A DNA stretch of 34,526 nt, from positions 1 through 34,526 of the forward strand of contig JBEKEJ010000002.1 in the NCBI GenBank assembly GCA_050013895.1. The letters are read 5' to 3'. The translations under genes were made by a program, and so were the position numbers. Below are positions 1-11,597 of this stretch, in pieces. Source of the DNA: Verrucomicrobiota bacterium. Its GTDB lineage: Bacteria; Verrucomicrobiota; Verrucomicrobiia; Limisphaerales; UBA11358. The notes beneath the pieces were generated by a model. It had not been told where the DNA came from. It was given only the letters and a program-made list of their open reading frames with translations, and made no database searches. Position 1 is the stretch's first letter, and the number at the start of each line of letters is the position of its first letter.

Positions 1-621
1 GCAGATGCCGCCGATGCGGACGGTTTTGCCGCTCAGTTTGAATTCGACGGCGATTTGTTTGGGCCGCGTGTCGCTCGTCATGATGGCTTCGACGGCCCGA
101 TCCGCATGACGCGATGAATTTCCGAGCTGCCTGGTTGCCTCTGAAATTCCCCGCTTGACGTTGCCCATCGGCAGGTTGACGCCGATGCGTCCGGTCGAAC
201 CGACCAAAACCTGTTCGGCGGAAATCCTGTGGCGGCGGCCTGTGACCGCCGGTGGAGCGTTGGTTTCTAATTTGCGACGGTCATAGACCGCCGCTACAGC
301 CGCCGTCATTTCGCGCGCGTCCTGCAAGCCCTGTTTTCCCGTGCAGGCATTGGCATTGCCGGAATTGACGACGATGGCCTGGGCGGTTCCCTGCTTGACG
401 CGCTCAACACAAACCTTCACCGGCGCAGCGCAGACCTGATTGGTGGTGAACATGCCGGCAACCGTCGCGGGCACTTCGGAAACAATGAGCGCCAGGTCGC
501 GTTTCCGGCCTTTGTCCGACCCTTTGCCCGTGCCGAGGCGTTTGATGTCGCAAAACACACCACTGGCGAGGAAGCCCTGCGGCGCGACGATGGAACCTGG
601 AATTTCTTTGAACAATTTCAT
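1..621 (-). CDS. argJ: ArgJ, bifunctional glutamate N-acetyltransferase / amino-acid N-acetyltransferase; N-terminal ~207 codons, C-terminus lies beyond the left window edge
   Basis: Absent from the ORF track because it runs off the window. My translation of the minus strand from the ATG (complement of 619-621) gives MKLFKEIPGSIVAPQGFLASGVFCDIKR...MFTTNQVCAAPVKV...AIVVNSGNANACTGKQG...VLVGSTGRIGVNLP...AIMTSDTRPK. These match the conserved ArgJ/ornithine acetyltransferase blocks. argC lies 1 kb away on the same strand. Confidence 0.85.
   Translation of the reverse strand, partial: MKLFKEIPGSIVAPQGFLASGVFCDIKRLGTGKGSDKGRKRDLALIVSEVPATVAGMFTTNQVCAAPVKVCVERVKQGTAQAIVVNSGNANACTGKQGLQDAREMTAAVAAVYDRRKLETNAPPAVTGRRHRISAEQVLVGSTGRIGVNLPMGNVKRGISEATRQLGNSSRHADRAVEAIMTSDTRPKQIAVEFKLSGKTVRIGGIC
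227..299. repeat. 73-bp palindromic REP/RPE-like element lying in frame inside argJ
   Basis: Arm 227-250 (ctgtggcggcggcctgtgaccgcc) is an imperfect inverted copy of arm 274-299 (gcgacggtcatagaccgccgctacag). The arms share the GTAGCGGCGG core with the repeats at 26906 and 27100. The element encodes roughly AVYDRRKLETNAPPAVTGRRHR, sitting between the conserved ArgJ blocks ...DAREM... and ...VLVGSTG..., where other ArgJ proteins have only a short linker. Confidence 0.6.
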
Positions 622-638
622 CTTCAATTTTGATTGAA

Positions 639-755
639 CCACGAAACACACGAAATGACACGAAAATCAGACGTGGAGTATCGAGCCTGTAGCTCGACTT
701 TATCGGCGCACAGCGCCGACACTACAATCTTTCGTGTGCTTCGTGTATTTCGTGG
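639..755. repeat. Intergenic palindromic unit: two inverted 27-29 bp modules of three TTTCGTG-type repeats flanking a 61-bp spacer with two small hairpins
   Basis: 639-667 reads ccacgaaacacacgaaatgacacgaaaat and 729-755 reads ctttcgtgtgcttcgtgtatttcgtgg, and they are inverted relative to each other. The spacer contains the hairpins tcgagc-ctgta-gctcga and tcggcgc-aca-gcgccga. The unit fills the gap between the methyltransferase stop (756) and the argJ start (621). Confidence 0.6.
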
Positions 756-1571
756 TCAAATTTTTACCGCGTCAATTTCCAGCCGCGCCATGCGGACATG
801 AACCCGCCCGACGTCATCCGGCGGATGTTTGGCCAGGTATCGGTCCGCGACGGCCGCGATGAAATCCTCGCGCAAATTTTCCGGCACGCGCTGGACGTAA
901 GGCAGCCAGGTCGTGCGCAACCATGCCGTCAAGCCTGCGCGCCCGTCGTAGATGGCATCCTTCGGTGACAGTCGCACGGCGAATGATTTGAATCCAAACC
1001 GCGGCAGCCATTTTTCATAATTGTCCGGGCTGTGGAAGAAATACGGCTTTTCCAGCTTCCGGAAAAATTCGCGCCAGCGTTTGAGCCGCATTTCCGGGCG
1101 CAACGCGACGAACACATCGTGCGCGTTGCCCCTGCCGCCACACGAAACCACCAGCCGCCCGCCGGAGCGAAGGCACGCCGCCGCGCCGCGCAAAAACGCC
1201 CGGTGATCATCCACCCAATGCAGGGCGGCGTTTGAAAAGACGAGGTTGAATTTCTGCACAAAGCGGATTTTTCGTGCGTCCATGACCCGGAACTCCAGGT
1301 TGGGAACCTTGTCCGGAGGAAAAGCGGCGCGCGCAAATTTGATCATTTGCGGCGAGGCGTCAATGCCCACAACGGAGCCGCGTGGCACGGCTTGGGCGAT
1401 TTCGGCGCTGACCTTGCCATCGCCACAGCCGACATCAAGGACGCGCTCATCACCCCGCAGATTGAGTCGGGCGATGAGTTCGCGCGCCCAAGCCTGTTGC
1501 ACCACGGAATGCGCGGCGTAATCGGCGGCGTTCCACCTGGTCACCTTTTTCTTCGTAGAAGACGAGGTCAC
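756..1571 (-). CDS. Class I SAM-dependent methyltransferase (Tam / trans-aconitate methyltransferase-like)
   Basis: 271-aa ORF. It has the motif I VLDVGCGDGKVS, an N-terminal WNAADYAAHSVVQQAWAREL block typical of Tam-like enzymes, and a downstream NLVFSNAALHWV block. Confidence 0.7.
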   Translation of the reverse strand: MTSSSTKKKVTRWNAADYAAHSVVQQAWARELIARLNLRGDERVLDVGCGDGKVSAEIAQAVPRGSVVGIDASPQMIKFARAAFPPDKVPNLEFRVMDARKIRFVQKFNLVFSNAALHWVDDHRAFLRGAAACLRSGGRLVVSCGGRGNAHDVFVALRPEMRLKRWREFFRKLEKPYFFHSPDNYEKWLPRFGFKSFAVRLSPKDAIYDGRAGLTAWLRTTWLPYVQRVPENLREDFIAAVADRYLAKHPPDDVGRVHVRMARLEIDAVKI

Positions 1572-1629
1572 GAGACTCTAATCATTCTGTTTTAAAGTGA
1601 GCCTTCTTGCGCCGCTCCTACGAGTTGAA

Positions 1630-2676
1630 TCAGACCAATCCCGCCGTCTCCGGGAAACCGCAGAGGAGATTCAGGCATTGCACGGCCTGGCCGCTCGCGC
1701 CTTTGACCAGATTGTCCTCGGCGCTCATCACAATGAGCCGGCCCGTCCGCGGGTCGAACCGCCACGCGATTTCGATGACGTTCGTGCCGTTGACATTTTT
1801 GGTGTCGGGCAGATGCTTACCGTCGAGCAGGCGGACGAACGGTTCATGGCCGTAGGCCTTTTGGTAACACGCGGAAACCTTCTCCGCGTCAACGGATTTT
1901 TCGGCCGGCGCGAGGTAGAGCGTCGTCAAAATGCCGCGGTTCACCGGAATCAAATGCGGTGTGAACTGGAGGATTACCGGGGCGCCCGCCGCCAGTGAAA
2001 GTTGTTCCTCGATTTCCGACAAATGCCGGTGTTTGGGCACGCTGTAAGGCCGGACGCTTTCGTTGCATTCGCAAAATAAATAGTCCGCCTCGGCCTTGCG
2101 GCCCGCGCCGCTTACCCCGCTCAACGAATCGGCGATGATGCCGGCCGGCCGGATCAACCCCGCCTTCAACAACGGAATCACCGGAAGCAAAATGCTGGTC
2201 GGGTAACAGCCCGGCGACGCGACGAGCAATGCCTTTTTGATTTCCGCGCGATAAATTTCCGGCAGGCCATAGACGGATTTTTTCAGCAACTCAGGGGCGG
2301 GATGATCGTGCGCGTAAAATTCCTTGTAGATTTCCGCGCTCTTGAGCCGGAAATCCGCGCTGAGGTCAATCACGAGGCAGCCGGCGTCCAGCAGCGGCAC
2401 CGCGTATTCGGCGGCGACGCCGTGCGGCAACGCCAGAAACACCACGTCCGCCTGTTTCGCCAGCCGTTCGGCGTTCGGCTCGGTGAAGCGGAGTGTCTTT
2501 GATTTCGGGTGGCTGGCAAATTTCGGGAAGACCTGCGCGAGCGTCTGCCCCGCGTTCTGGCGCGAGGTCACCGCCGCCAGTTCCACGTGGGGATGGTTCA
2601 ACAGCAGCCGGACGAGTTCCTCGCCGGAGTAACCGGATGCGCCGATGATGGCGATTTTCTTCGCTTTCATAATCAT
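1630..2676 (-). CDS. argC: N-acetyl-gamma-glutamyl-phosphate reductase
   Basis: The ORF track entry 1630..2799 contains MIMKAKKIAIIGASGYSGEELVRLL (Rossmann GxSGYxG), the active-site block SPGCYPTS and a C-terminal NLVKGASGQAVQC. The first 41 codons of the tracked ORF run through a repeat region and are not ArgC-like. I place the start at the ATG at 2676, with 2670 as an alternative. Confidence 0.9.
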   Translation of the reverse strand: MIMKAKKIAIIGASGYSGEELVRLLLNHPHVELAAVTSRQNAGQTLAQVFPKFASHPKSKTLRFTEPNAERLAKQADVVFLALPHGVAAEYAVPLLDAGCLVIDLSADFRLKSAEIYKEFYAHDHPAPELLKKSVYGLPEIYRAEIKKALLVASPGCYPTSILLPVIPLLKAGLIRPAGIIADSLSGVSGAGRKAEADYLFCECNESVRPYSVPKHRHLSEIEEQLSLAAGAPVILQFTPHLIPVNRGILTTLYLAPAEKSVDAEKVSACYQKAYGHEPFVRLLDGKHLPDTKNVNGTNVIEIAWRFDPRTGRLIVMSAEDNLVKGASGQAVQCLNLLCGFPETAGLV

Positions 2677-2683
2677 AATTTTA

Positions 2684-2712
2684 CGCACGAAAAATACGAA
2701 CCACACGAAAAA
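2684..2712. repeat. Third copy of the TTTCGTG triple-repeat module, immediately upstream of the argC start
   Basis: The minus-strand reading is tttttcgtgtggttcgtatttttcgtgcg, followed by taaaatt and the argC ATG. Compare ttttcgtgtcatttcgtgtgtttcgtgg located 17 nt upstream of the argJ ATG. Confidence 0.55.
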
Positions 2713-2726
2713 TTCTTCCTCCTCAT

Positions 2727-2785
2727 TCTCGTCCTCGTCCTCGGTCTTTCGATTTTCGATTACGAGGACGAGAACGACGACGAGG
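2727..2785. repeat. GA/TC-rich imperfect palindrome (tctcgtcctcg ... cgaggacgaga) between the rpsI terminator and argC
   Basis: tctcgtcctcg (2727-2737) is the exact reverse complement of cgaggacgaga (2763-2773). Alternative registers exist because TCGTCC/GGACGA units are reiterated. Confidence 0.4.
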
Positions 2786-2797
2786 ACGATTTCAAAC

Positions 2798-2828
2798 AAA
2801 AAAACCCCGCCAGCATTTGCCAGCGGGG
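2798..2828 (-). terminator. Rho-independent terminator of the rplM-rpsI operon
   Basis: On the minus strand, 20 nt after the rpsI stop, the sequence is CCCCGC-uggcaaaugcug-GCGGGG followed by UUUUUUUGUUUG. This is a GC stem plus a U tract. Confidence 0.65.
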
Positions 2829-2847
2829 CCTGGAAATCTCCACGCGC

Positions 2848-3249
2848 TCAACGTTTCGAGTATTGGAACCGTTTGCGCGCGCCCGGCTGGCCGTATTTCT
2901 TGCGCTCCTTCATGCGCGAATCGCGCGTGAGCAGGCCCTCGGCCTTGAGCGCGGCGCGCAGCGTGGCGTCGGCCCGAATCAACGCCCGGGCGATCCCGTG
3001 CCGCACCGCGCCGGCCTGTCCGTTCGGCCCGCCGCCGGTGACATTGACGCGCACGTCGAACCGTTCCGTGTTGCCAGTGACCGCCAAAGGTTGCGCCGCC
3101 GTCGAGCGCAGGGTCTCGAGCGGGAAATAATTTTCAAACGACCGGCCGTTCACAACGATCTTGCCGTTGCCGGACGCGAGCCGGACTCGGGCGATGGCGG
3201 TTTTGCGCCGTCCGGTGCCGAGAAATTCACTTTTGGTTTCCGTTGCCAT
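2848..3249 (-). CDS. rpsI: 30S ribosomal protein S9
   Basis: 133 aa. Contains [22 protein letters not shown], and a C-terminal [24 protein letters not shown] typical of uS9. Confidence 0.95.
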   Translation of the reverse strand: MATETKSEFLGTGRRKTAIARVRLASGNGKIVVNGRSFENYFPLETLRSTAAQPLAVTGNTERFDVRVNVTGGGPNGQAGAVRHGIARALIRADATLRAALKAEGLLTRDSRMKERKKYGQPGARKRFQYSKR

Positions 3250-3287
3250 GGGTCAGTTGAAGGTTGAACGTTGGTGGTTGGGAAAAA

Positions 3288-3722
3288 TCAGGCCGCCGCC
3301 TTGAGCGGTTCCGGCTTTTGCGCCGCGTGCGGATGCTTGGGGCCTTTGAACACCTTCAGCTTGGTCAACAACCGGCTGCCCAGCCGGTTCTTCGGGATCA
3401 TGCCTTTCACAGCGTGCAGGACGAGCTTTTCAGGATGCTTCGCGCGGATTTGCTCAACACTCCGGTATTTCTCGCCGCCTTTCCAGCCGGAATAGCTCAT
3501 GAATTCCTTGGCCGTTTCCTTCTTGCCGGTGAGCCGGACCTTTTCGGCGTTGACGACGACGACAAAGTCGCCGGCGTCGAGGTGGGGCGTGAAGACGGGC
3601 TTGTTTTTGCCGCGCAAAATATCGGCAACCTGCACAGCCAGCCGGCCCAGCACGGCGCCGTCGGCGTCAATCACATGCCATTTCCGCTGGTCCAAATTCA
3701 CTTTGGGCAAATGCGTTTTCAT
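3288..3722 (-). CDS. rplM: 50S ribosomal protein L13
   Basis: 144 aa. Contains KWHVIDADGAVLGRLA, ILRGKNKPVFTPHLD.GDFVVVVNAEKV and MIPKNRLG. It is followed by rpsI, the conserved rplM-rpsI order. Confidence 0.95.
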   Translation of the reverse strand: MKTHLPKVNLDQRKWHVIDADGAVLGRLAVQVADILRGKNKPVFTPHLDAGDFVVVVNAEKVRLTGKKETAKEFMSYSGWKGGEKYRSVEQIRAKHPEKLVLHAVKGMIPKNRLGSRLLTKLKVFKGPKHPHAAQKPEPLKAAA

Positions 3723-3744
3723 TCAAACCGAAAAAAGGACGCAA

Positions 3745-3772
3745 AATTTATCAGACGCACAAGCGAAGTCAA
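3745..3772 (-). promoter_or_regulatory. Candidate sigma-70 promoter of rplM-rpsI
   Basis: The minus-strand reading is TTGACT (complement of 3767-3772), a 16-nt spacer, then TAAATT (complement of 3745-3750). The -10 hexamer ends 22 nt upstream of the rplM ATG. A tandem GGGCATTTT x2 (3775-3792, plus strand) lies just upstream of the -35. Confidence 0.45.
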
Positions 3773-3989
3773 TAGGGCATTTTGGGCATTTTGGCGCTGA
3801 AAGGTCTCCATTTGAGGAGCGCGGTTTGCCTCAAACCGCAGCGCGCCCGAAGGCAGGAAACATGCTCCCGGATTCCAACGGTCATTACGCAACACCCGCT
3901 GCGAGTTGGGACAACTCGCGCTCCGTACAAACGACCGGCAAAGCCAGGCATCAATAAACGAACAGCGCCGGTCCATTTTCGATAGTTAA

Positions 3990-4072
3990 TATATCAACAT
4001 ATCCAGATGCGTTGATATAAAATATTTGCTTCCTGGCTGCAAAGGATTATTTTACACGCACTGTTATTGATA
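3990..4072 (+). promoter_or_regulatory. AT-rich metH upstream region with an inverted repeat TATATCAAC-N12-GTTGATATA and a third TTGATAT copy
   Basis: 3990-3998 (tatatcaac) and 4011-4019 (gttgatata) are exact reverse complements. TTGATAT occurs again at 4066-4072, a few nt before the metH start. This is one of only two clearly AT-rich stretches in the window; the other is 8500-8680. Confidence 0.3.
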
Positions 4073-4077
4073 TTGAA

Positions 4078-8106
<4,029 letters not shown>

Positions 8107-8174
8107 AATAGGATCGTTTCTCAAATTTCCCGGAGCGCAGCCGGGATATTGCGCCTTGCCGTTCCTGCACTAAC

Positions 8175-8449
8175 CCCGAATTACAAGGTGATAGGGAGCG
8201 CACCCGCCCCGGGTGCCGTTTTCCGCGCCCTTCCGCGGCGCGCCAAAGCGCGCCAGCGCGACGGCGGCGCGGAAAACATCGGGCGCAACGATATTTCCCG
8301 GACGCCTGTGTCCGTCACGCGCGCCAGCGGCTGGACGCGAGGCGCGTCCAGCCACACCCGATCCGTCTGCGCTTCGCTTCGACGCGACCGCGCCGAAGCC
8401 GGAGGCGAAGGCGGGGGCGGGTGTGCTCCCCCCAACTCCGAAATTCGGG
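8175..8449. mobile_element. MITE-like non-autonomous element, copy A (275 bp) with 5-bp target-site duplication CTAAC
   Basis: The terminal inverted repeats run cccgaattacaaggtgatagggagcgcacccgcccc ... ggggcgggtgtgctccccccaactccgaaattcggg. CTAAC lies at 8170-8174 and again at 8450-8454, directly abutting both termini. There is an internal perfect hairpin ggctggacgc-gag-gcgtccagcc. No transposase ORF is present. ORFs called in several frames on both strands are Arg/Ala/Pro-rich and look spurious. Confidence 0.75.
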
Positions 8450-8676
8450 CTAACGCTCCATTAGCACAGGCGTCCCGTTCTCAAAAACCCTGACGCCCAT
8501 GAAATCAGAATCACTTAATCTGAGACGTGTTTTAACGTTTAATAATACAAAAAAGTGAATACAAAAATTGTCAAGGTTTAGCCAAAACGCGGTTAGTCAT
8601 TTTGTCGACTTTTGGCGATCTTTCTGTTCGGAAGGCGCGAATACGGCGCTGGCAAAATCAATCAACACAGGAAAAA

Positions 8677-9024
8677 ATGATGAAAAAGATATTCGTACTC
8701 ACAGCCATGTTCGGCTTCGTCGCCGCGCTAAACATTTCGGCTGCGGATGTCAAAGCGAACTGGGACTCGATCTGCGCCAAGTGCCACGGCGCGGACGGCA
8801 AGGGCGACACCAAGATAGGCCAAAAACTTGGCATTAAGGATTTCACCGACGCCAAAGTTCAGGACAGCATCAAGGATGAAGACGCGGTGAAAGCCGTTAA
8901 AGATGGCATCAAGGATGCGGATGGCAGGACGAAAATGAAGGCATACGTTACCGGGGCGGATACCCCCCTGTCGGACGACGAAGTCAAGGCACTCGTGGCT
9001 TATGTCCGTGGATTGAAGAAATAA
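8677..9024 (+). CDS. Secreted monoheme class I c-type cytochrome (paralog 1)
   Basis: The signal peptide MMKKIFVLTAMFGFVAALNISAAD starts at the ATG at 8677, in frame with tracked ORF 8602. There is a single CAKCH heme motif and a distal Met candidate (TKMKAY). It shares the CHGADGKG.TK.GQKLG.KDFTDAKVQ block with the 11953 gene. Confidence 0.8.
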   Translation: MMKKIFVLTAMFGFVAALNISAADVKANWDSICAKCHGADGKGDTKIGQKLGIKDFTDAKVQDSIKDEDAVKAVKDGIKDADGRTKMKAYVTGADTPLSDDEVKALVAYVRGLKK

Positions 9025-9098
9025 CCAGGCTTGTTAGCGGGCGGGGCGTCGCACCGGCGGCGCTCGTCCGGCAAACGGCCAAACCAACCTTCGGCCAT

Positions 9099-9551
9099 AT
9101 GCGACGGTTCAAGCTGCCGCCACAAATTCTGCGCCTTGTCCTGCTGGCCCTCGCCATCGTTGGATCCTATCTGGTCGCGCGTTCTTTTCTGGTCCCGCCG
9201 TCCTTTGGTCAATACGGCTGGTATCGCGGCAATGCGCTGAATCTGATTGCGTCGCGGGAACCCGTTTTTGCGGGCAAGAAGGCGTGCGATGAATGTCACT
9301 CCGACATTCTGCACAACCTGGCGGCGGATGCGCACAAGACCCTTTCCTGCGAGGCCTGCCACGGCGTCTGCCGGGAGCATTGCAATAACCCGGATATCCT
9401 GCCCGACAAGACCACCGGCAGCCACTGCATCCGGTGCCACGAAGCCAATCTGGCCCGCCCGGCCTGGCTCAAGCAAATCGTCGTCAAAGATCACTACGGG
9501 CCCAAATGCACTGAATGTCACCTGCCGCATCAACCCACCAAAACGCCGTGA
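9099..9551 (+). CDS. Membrane-anchored tetraheme c-type cytochrome
   Basis: 150 aa. It has an N-terminal hydrophobic anchor (ILRLVLLALAIVGSYLV) and four CxxCH motifs: CDECH, CEACH, CIRCH, CTECH. Confidence 0.8.
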   Translation: MRRFKLPPQILRLVLLALAIVGSYLVARSFLVPPSFGQYGWYRGNALNLIASREPVFAGKKACDECHSDILHNLAADAHKTLSCEACHGVCREHCNNPDILPDKTTGSHCIRCHEANLARPAWLKQIVVKDHYGPKCTECHLPHQPTKTP

Positions 9552-10357
9552 AGAATCAAATCAGTCGTCGCAGTTCATTGCTGAGGATGGGGGTCGCATT
9601 CCTCGGACTGGTCACGCTTTCGGCCGCCCGTGCAGCCAAAGCGGCGGTGCAGACCGTGTTCGTTTCCACCAGCGCGCCCAAGGGCTACGACCCGACCAAG
9701 CATAAATGGCTGATGTGCATTGACGACAACAAGTGCATCGGCTGCGGGTTGTGCGCGGAAGCGTGCAAAAAGGAAAACGGCGTTCCGGAGGGCCCTTACT
9801 ACCGCACCTGGATTGAGCGTTACATCATCCCCAAGCCGAAACCGGGCTCGGATCAAACCCGGGGCGAGGCGATCGTGGATTCTCCCGACGGCGGAATGCA
9901 TGGTTTCCCTGAGCCGACCTTGCCGAAGGATCAAATTGAGCACGCGTTCTTCGTCCCCAAGCTATGCAACTTGTGCGAAAATCCGCCTTGCGTCCAGGTC
10001 TGTCCCGTCGGGGCGACGTTCAGCGCCCCGGATGGCGCGGTGCTGATTGACCCGAAATACTGCATCGGCTGCGCCTTTTGCGTGCAGGCCTGTCCTTACG
10101 GCTCCCGGTTCCTGAACCCGGTCACCCACACGGCCGAGAAATGTACGCTTTGTTATCATCGCATCACCCGCGGACTGAAGCCGGCCTGTGTGGAGATTTG
10201 TCCGGCGGAGGCGCGCATTTTTGGCGATTTGGAAAATTTGCGTGCCGATGATCCGATCCAGAAATTTTACGAAAAAAACCGGGTCCAGGTGCTCAAGCCG
10301 TATCTGGGCACGGAGCCCCGCGTTCTCTACGCCGGCCTGGATAAGGAGGTAAGATAA
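9515..10357 (+). CDS. Tat-exported 4x[4Fe-4S] ferredoxin subunit, NrfC/PsrB/DsrO/HmcB family
   Basis: The twin-arginine signal is ISRRSSLLRMGVAFLGLVTLSAARAAKA. Four Cys clusters are present: CIGCGLCAEAC, CNLCENPPCVQVCP, CIGCAFCVQACP, CTLCYHR...CVEICP. The start is either ATG 9515 or GTG 9548. The GTG overlaps the upstream stop as GTGA, which suggests translational coupling. Confidence 0.85.
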   Translation: MSPAASTHQNAVKNQISRRSSLLRMGVAFLGLVTLSAARAAKAAVQTVFVSTSAPKGYDPTKHKWLMCIDDNKCIGCGLCAEACKKENGVPEGPYYRTWIERYIIPKPKPGSDQTRGEAIVDSPDGGMHGFPEPTLPKDQIEHAFFVPKLCNLCENPPCVQVCPVGATFSAPDGAVLIDPKYCIGCAFCVQACPYGSRFLNPVTHTAEKCTLCYHRITRGLKPACVEICPAEARIFGDLENLRADDPIQKFYEKNRVQVLKPYLGTEPRVLYAGLDKEVR

Positions 10358-10358
10358 A

Positions 10359-11597
10359 ATGAACGAGGTAACCAACATCGTCGTCGAGGCGCTGCCGCAG
10401 TTTCAGGGCTATGTATATCCCAATGAAGCCAGCCTTCACCCGGTCTGGAGCACGTTGATTGTCGTCTATCCCTACATCACCGGACTGGTGGCGGGCGCCT
10501 TCATCATGGCCTCGCTGGTGCGCGTGTTCAATGTCCGGGCGCTGGAGCCGGTTTATCGGCTCTCGATGTTGACCGCTTTTGCCTTTCTGCTCTGCGCGCC
10601 GTTGCCGCTTTTGTTCCATCTGGGGCATCCCGAGCGGTGCTACGAGATCATGATGACACCGCACCTGACCTCGCCCATGGCGGTTTTTGGCTTTGTTTAT
10701 GCCTGGTATCTGATGGCGGTCCTGCTGCTGGAGCTGTGGTTTGATTTTCGCCAGGACTTCGTGAAATGGTCCCAAACCGCGTCCGGGTTCAAGGGAATCC
10801 TCTATCGGGTGCTGACCTTGGGCGTGACCGATGTGTCGGAGCAGAGTCTGCGACTGGACATGAAGATGGAGTGGCTCCTTTCGATTGTCGGAATTCCGTC
10901 GGCCTTTTTGCTGCACGGCTATGTCGGTTTCATTTTCGGTTCCATCAAGGCCAATCCCTGGTGGGGCAACGTGCTGATGCCGATCATGTTTATTCTGTCC
11001 GCCATCGTGTCGGGCATCGCGTTGTGCGTGTTCAACTACATCGTTCTGACCTGGATACGCCGCAAGACCGTGGACATGCGCTGCCTGGACACCATGGCGA
11101 TGTTTCTCTTCTACGCGGTGGTGGTGGATGCCGTCATTGAAGGGCTGGATGTGCTGCATCGCGGCTTTGCGGCGGAGGAGGGGTTCGCGGTGTTGCAGAC
11201 CATGATCCGCGAGAAACTCTTTTACACGCTGAATCTCGGACAGGTTGGCATCGGCACGTTATTGCCGTTGCTGATGCTGGGGTTGCTCCAGGTTTTGCGC
11301 CGGCGTGTGCCGGAGGCGGTCCGGCGGACCATGATTTTCTGCAGCGGAGCGATGATCCTGATCGGCGTGCTTTTGATGCGTTGGAATGTCGTCATGGGCG
11401 GGCAATTTTTCTCCAAGAGCCTGCGCGGTGTGATGAGTTACAAAATGGAGTTTGCCGGCCAGGAAGGCTGGCTCCTCAGCGCCGTCATCATGTGCCTGCC
11501 GTTCATCATTCTGACGGTGCTGGTGAAACTGTTTTTGTCCGAGCAATTGCAGCCCGGCGGCCATGTCCCGCCGGGCGGTTCCGCGGCACAGGCCTGA
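10359..11597 (+). CDS. NrfD/PsrC-family polytopic membrane (quinone-interacting) subunit
   Basis: 412 aa, hydrophobic throughout, with about 10 predicted helices by eye. The N-terminal region WSTLIVVYPYITGLVAGAFIMASL is typical of NrfD-like proteins. A GGAGG Shine-Dalgarno lies about 10 nt upstream. The ATG sits 1 nt after the stop of the FeS subunit gene. Confidence 0.8.
   Translation: MNEVTNIVVEALPQFQGYVYPNEASLHPVWSTLIVVYPYITGLVAGAFIMASLVRVFNVRALEPVYRLSMLTAFAFLLCAPLPLLFHLGHPERCYEIMMTPHLTSPMAVFGFVYAWYLMAVLLLELWFDFRQDFVKWSQTASGFKGILYRVLTLGVTDVSEQSLRLDMKMEWLLSIVGIPSAFLLHGYVGFIFGSIKANPWWGNVLMPIMFILSAIVSGIALCVFNYIVLTWIRRKTVDMRCLDTMAMFLFYAVVVDAVIEGLDVLHRGFAAEEGFAVLQTMIREKLFYTLNLGQVGIGTLLPLLMLGLLQVLRRRVPEAVRRTMIFCSGAMILIGVLLMRWNVVMGGQFFSKSLRGVMSYKMEFAGQEGWLLSAVIMCLPFIILTVLVKLFLSEQLQPGGHVPPGGSAAQA

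Noticed and set aside
2677-2799. N-terminal 41 codons of tracked ORF 1630..2799 (MFEIVLVVVLVLVIENRKTEDEDENEEEE...)
   Set aside because: This stretch reads through the TCGTCC/GGACGA palindrome and the TTTCGTG module. ArgC homology begins at MIMKAKKIAIIGASGYSG, so this is an upstream extension artefact.
3811-3848. SAH-riboswitch-like motif upstream of metH (tttGAGGAGCGCggtttgCCTCAAAccgcaGCGCGCcc)
   Set aside because: It shares the GAGGAGCGC core and a possible P1 plus pseudoknot arrangement with the SAH riboswitch as I recall it. However, it lacks the P2 hairpin, has a mismatch in the pseudoknot, and lies about 230 nt from the metH start with no terminator or RBS-sequestering helix. This is too weak to call without a covariance-model search (Rfam RF01057).
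3723-4077. Cobalamin or SAM riboswitch in the rplM-metH intergenic region
   Set aside because: I looked for a B12 box (AGYCMGGAGACCKGCC-like) and for SAM-I/II cores. None was recognisable by eye.
8149-8493. Overlapping ORFs inside the MITE copies: 8149..8493, 8181..8435, 8213..8464, 22181..22540, 22199..22522, 22224..22463
   Set aside because: They are open in several frames on both strands only because of the GC-rich repeat. The sequence has terminal inverted repeats and target-site duplications, so it is better explained as a non-coding mobile element.
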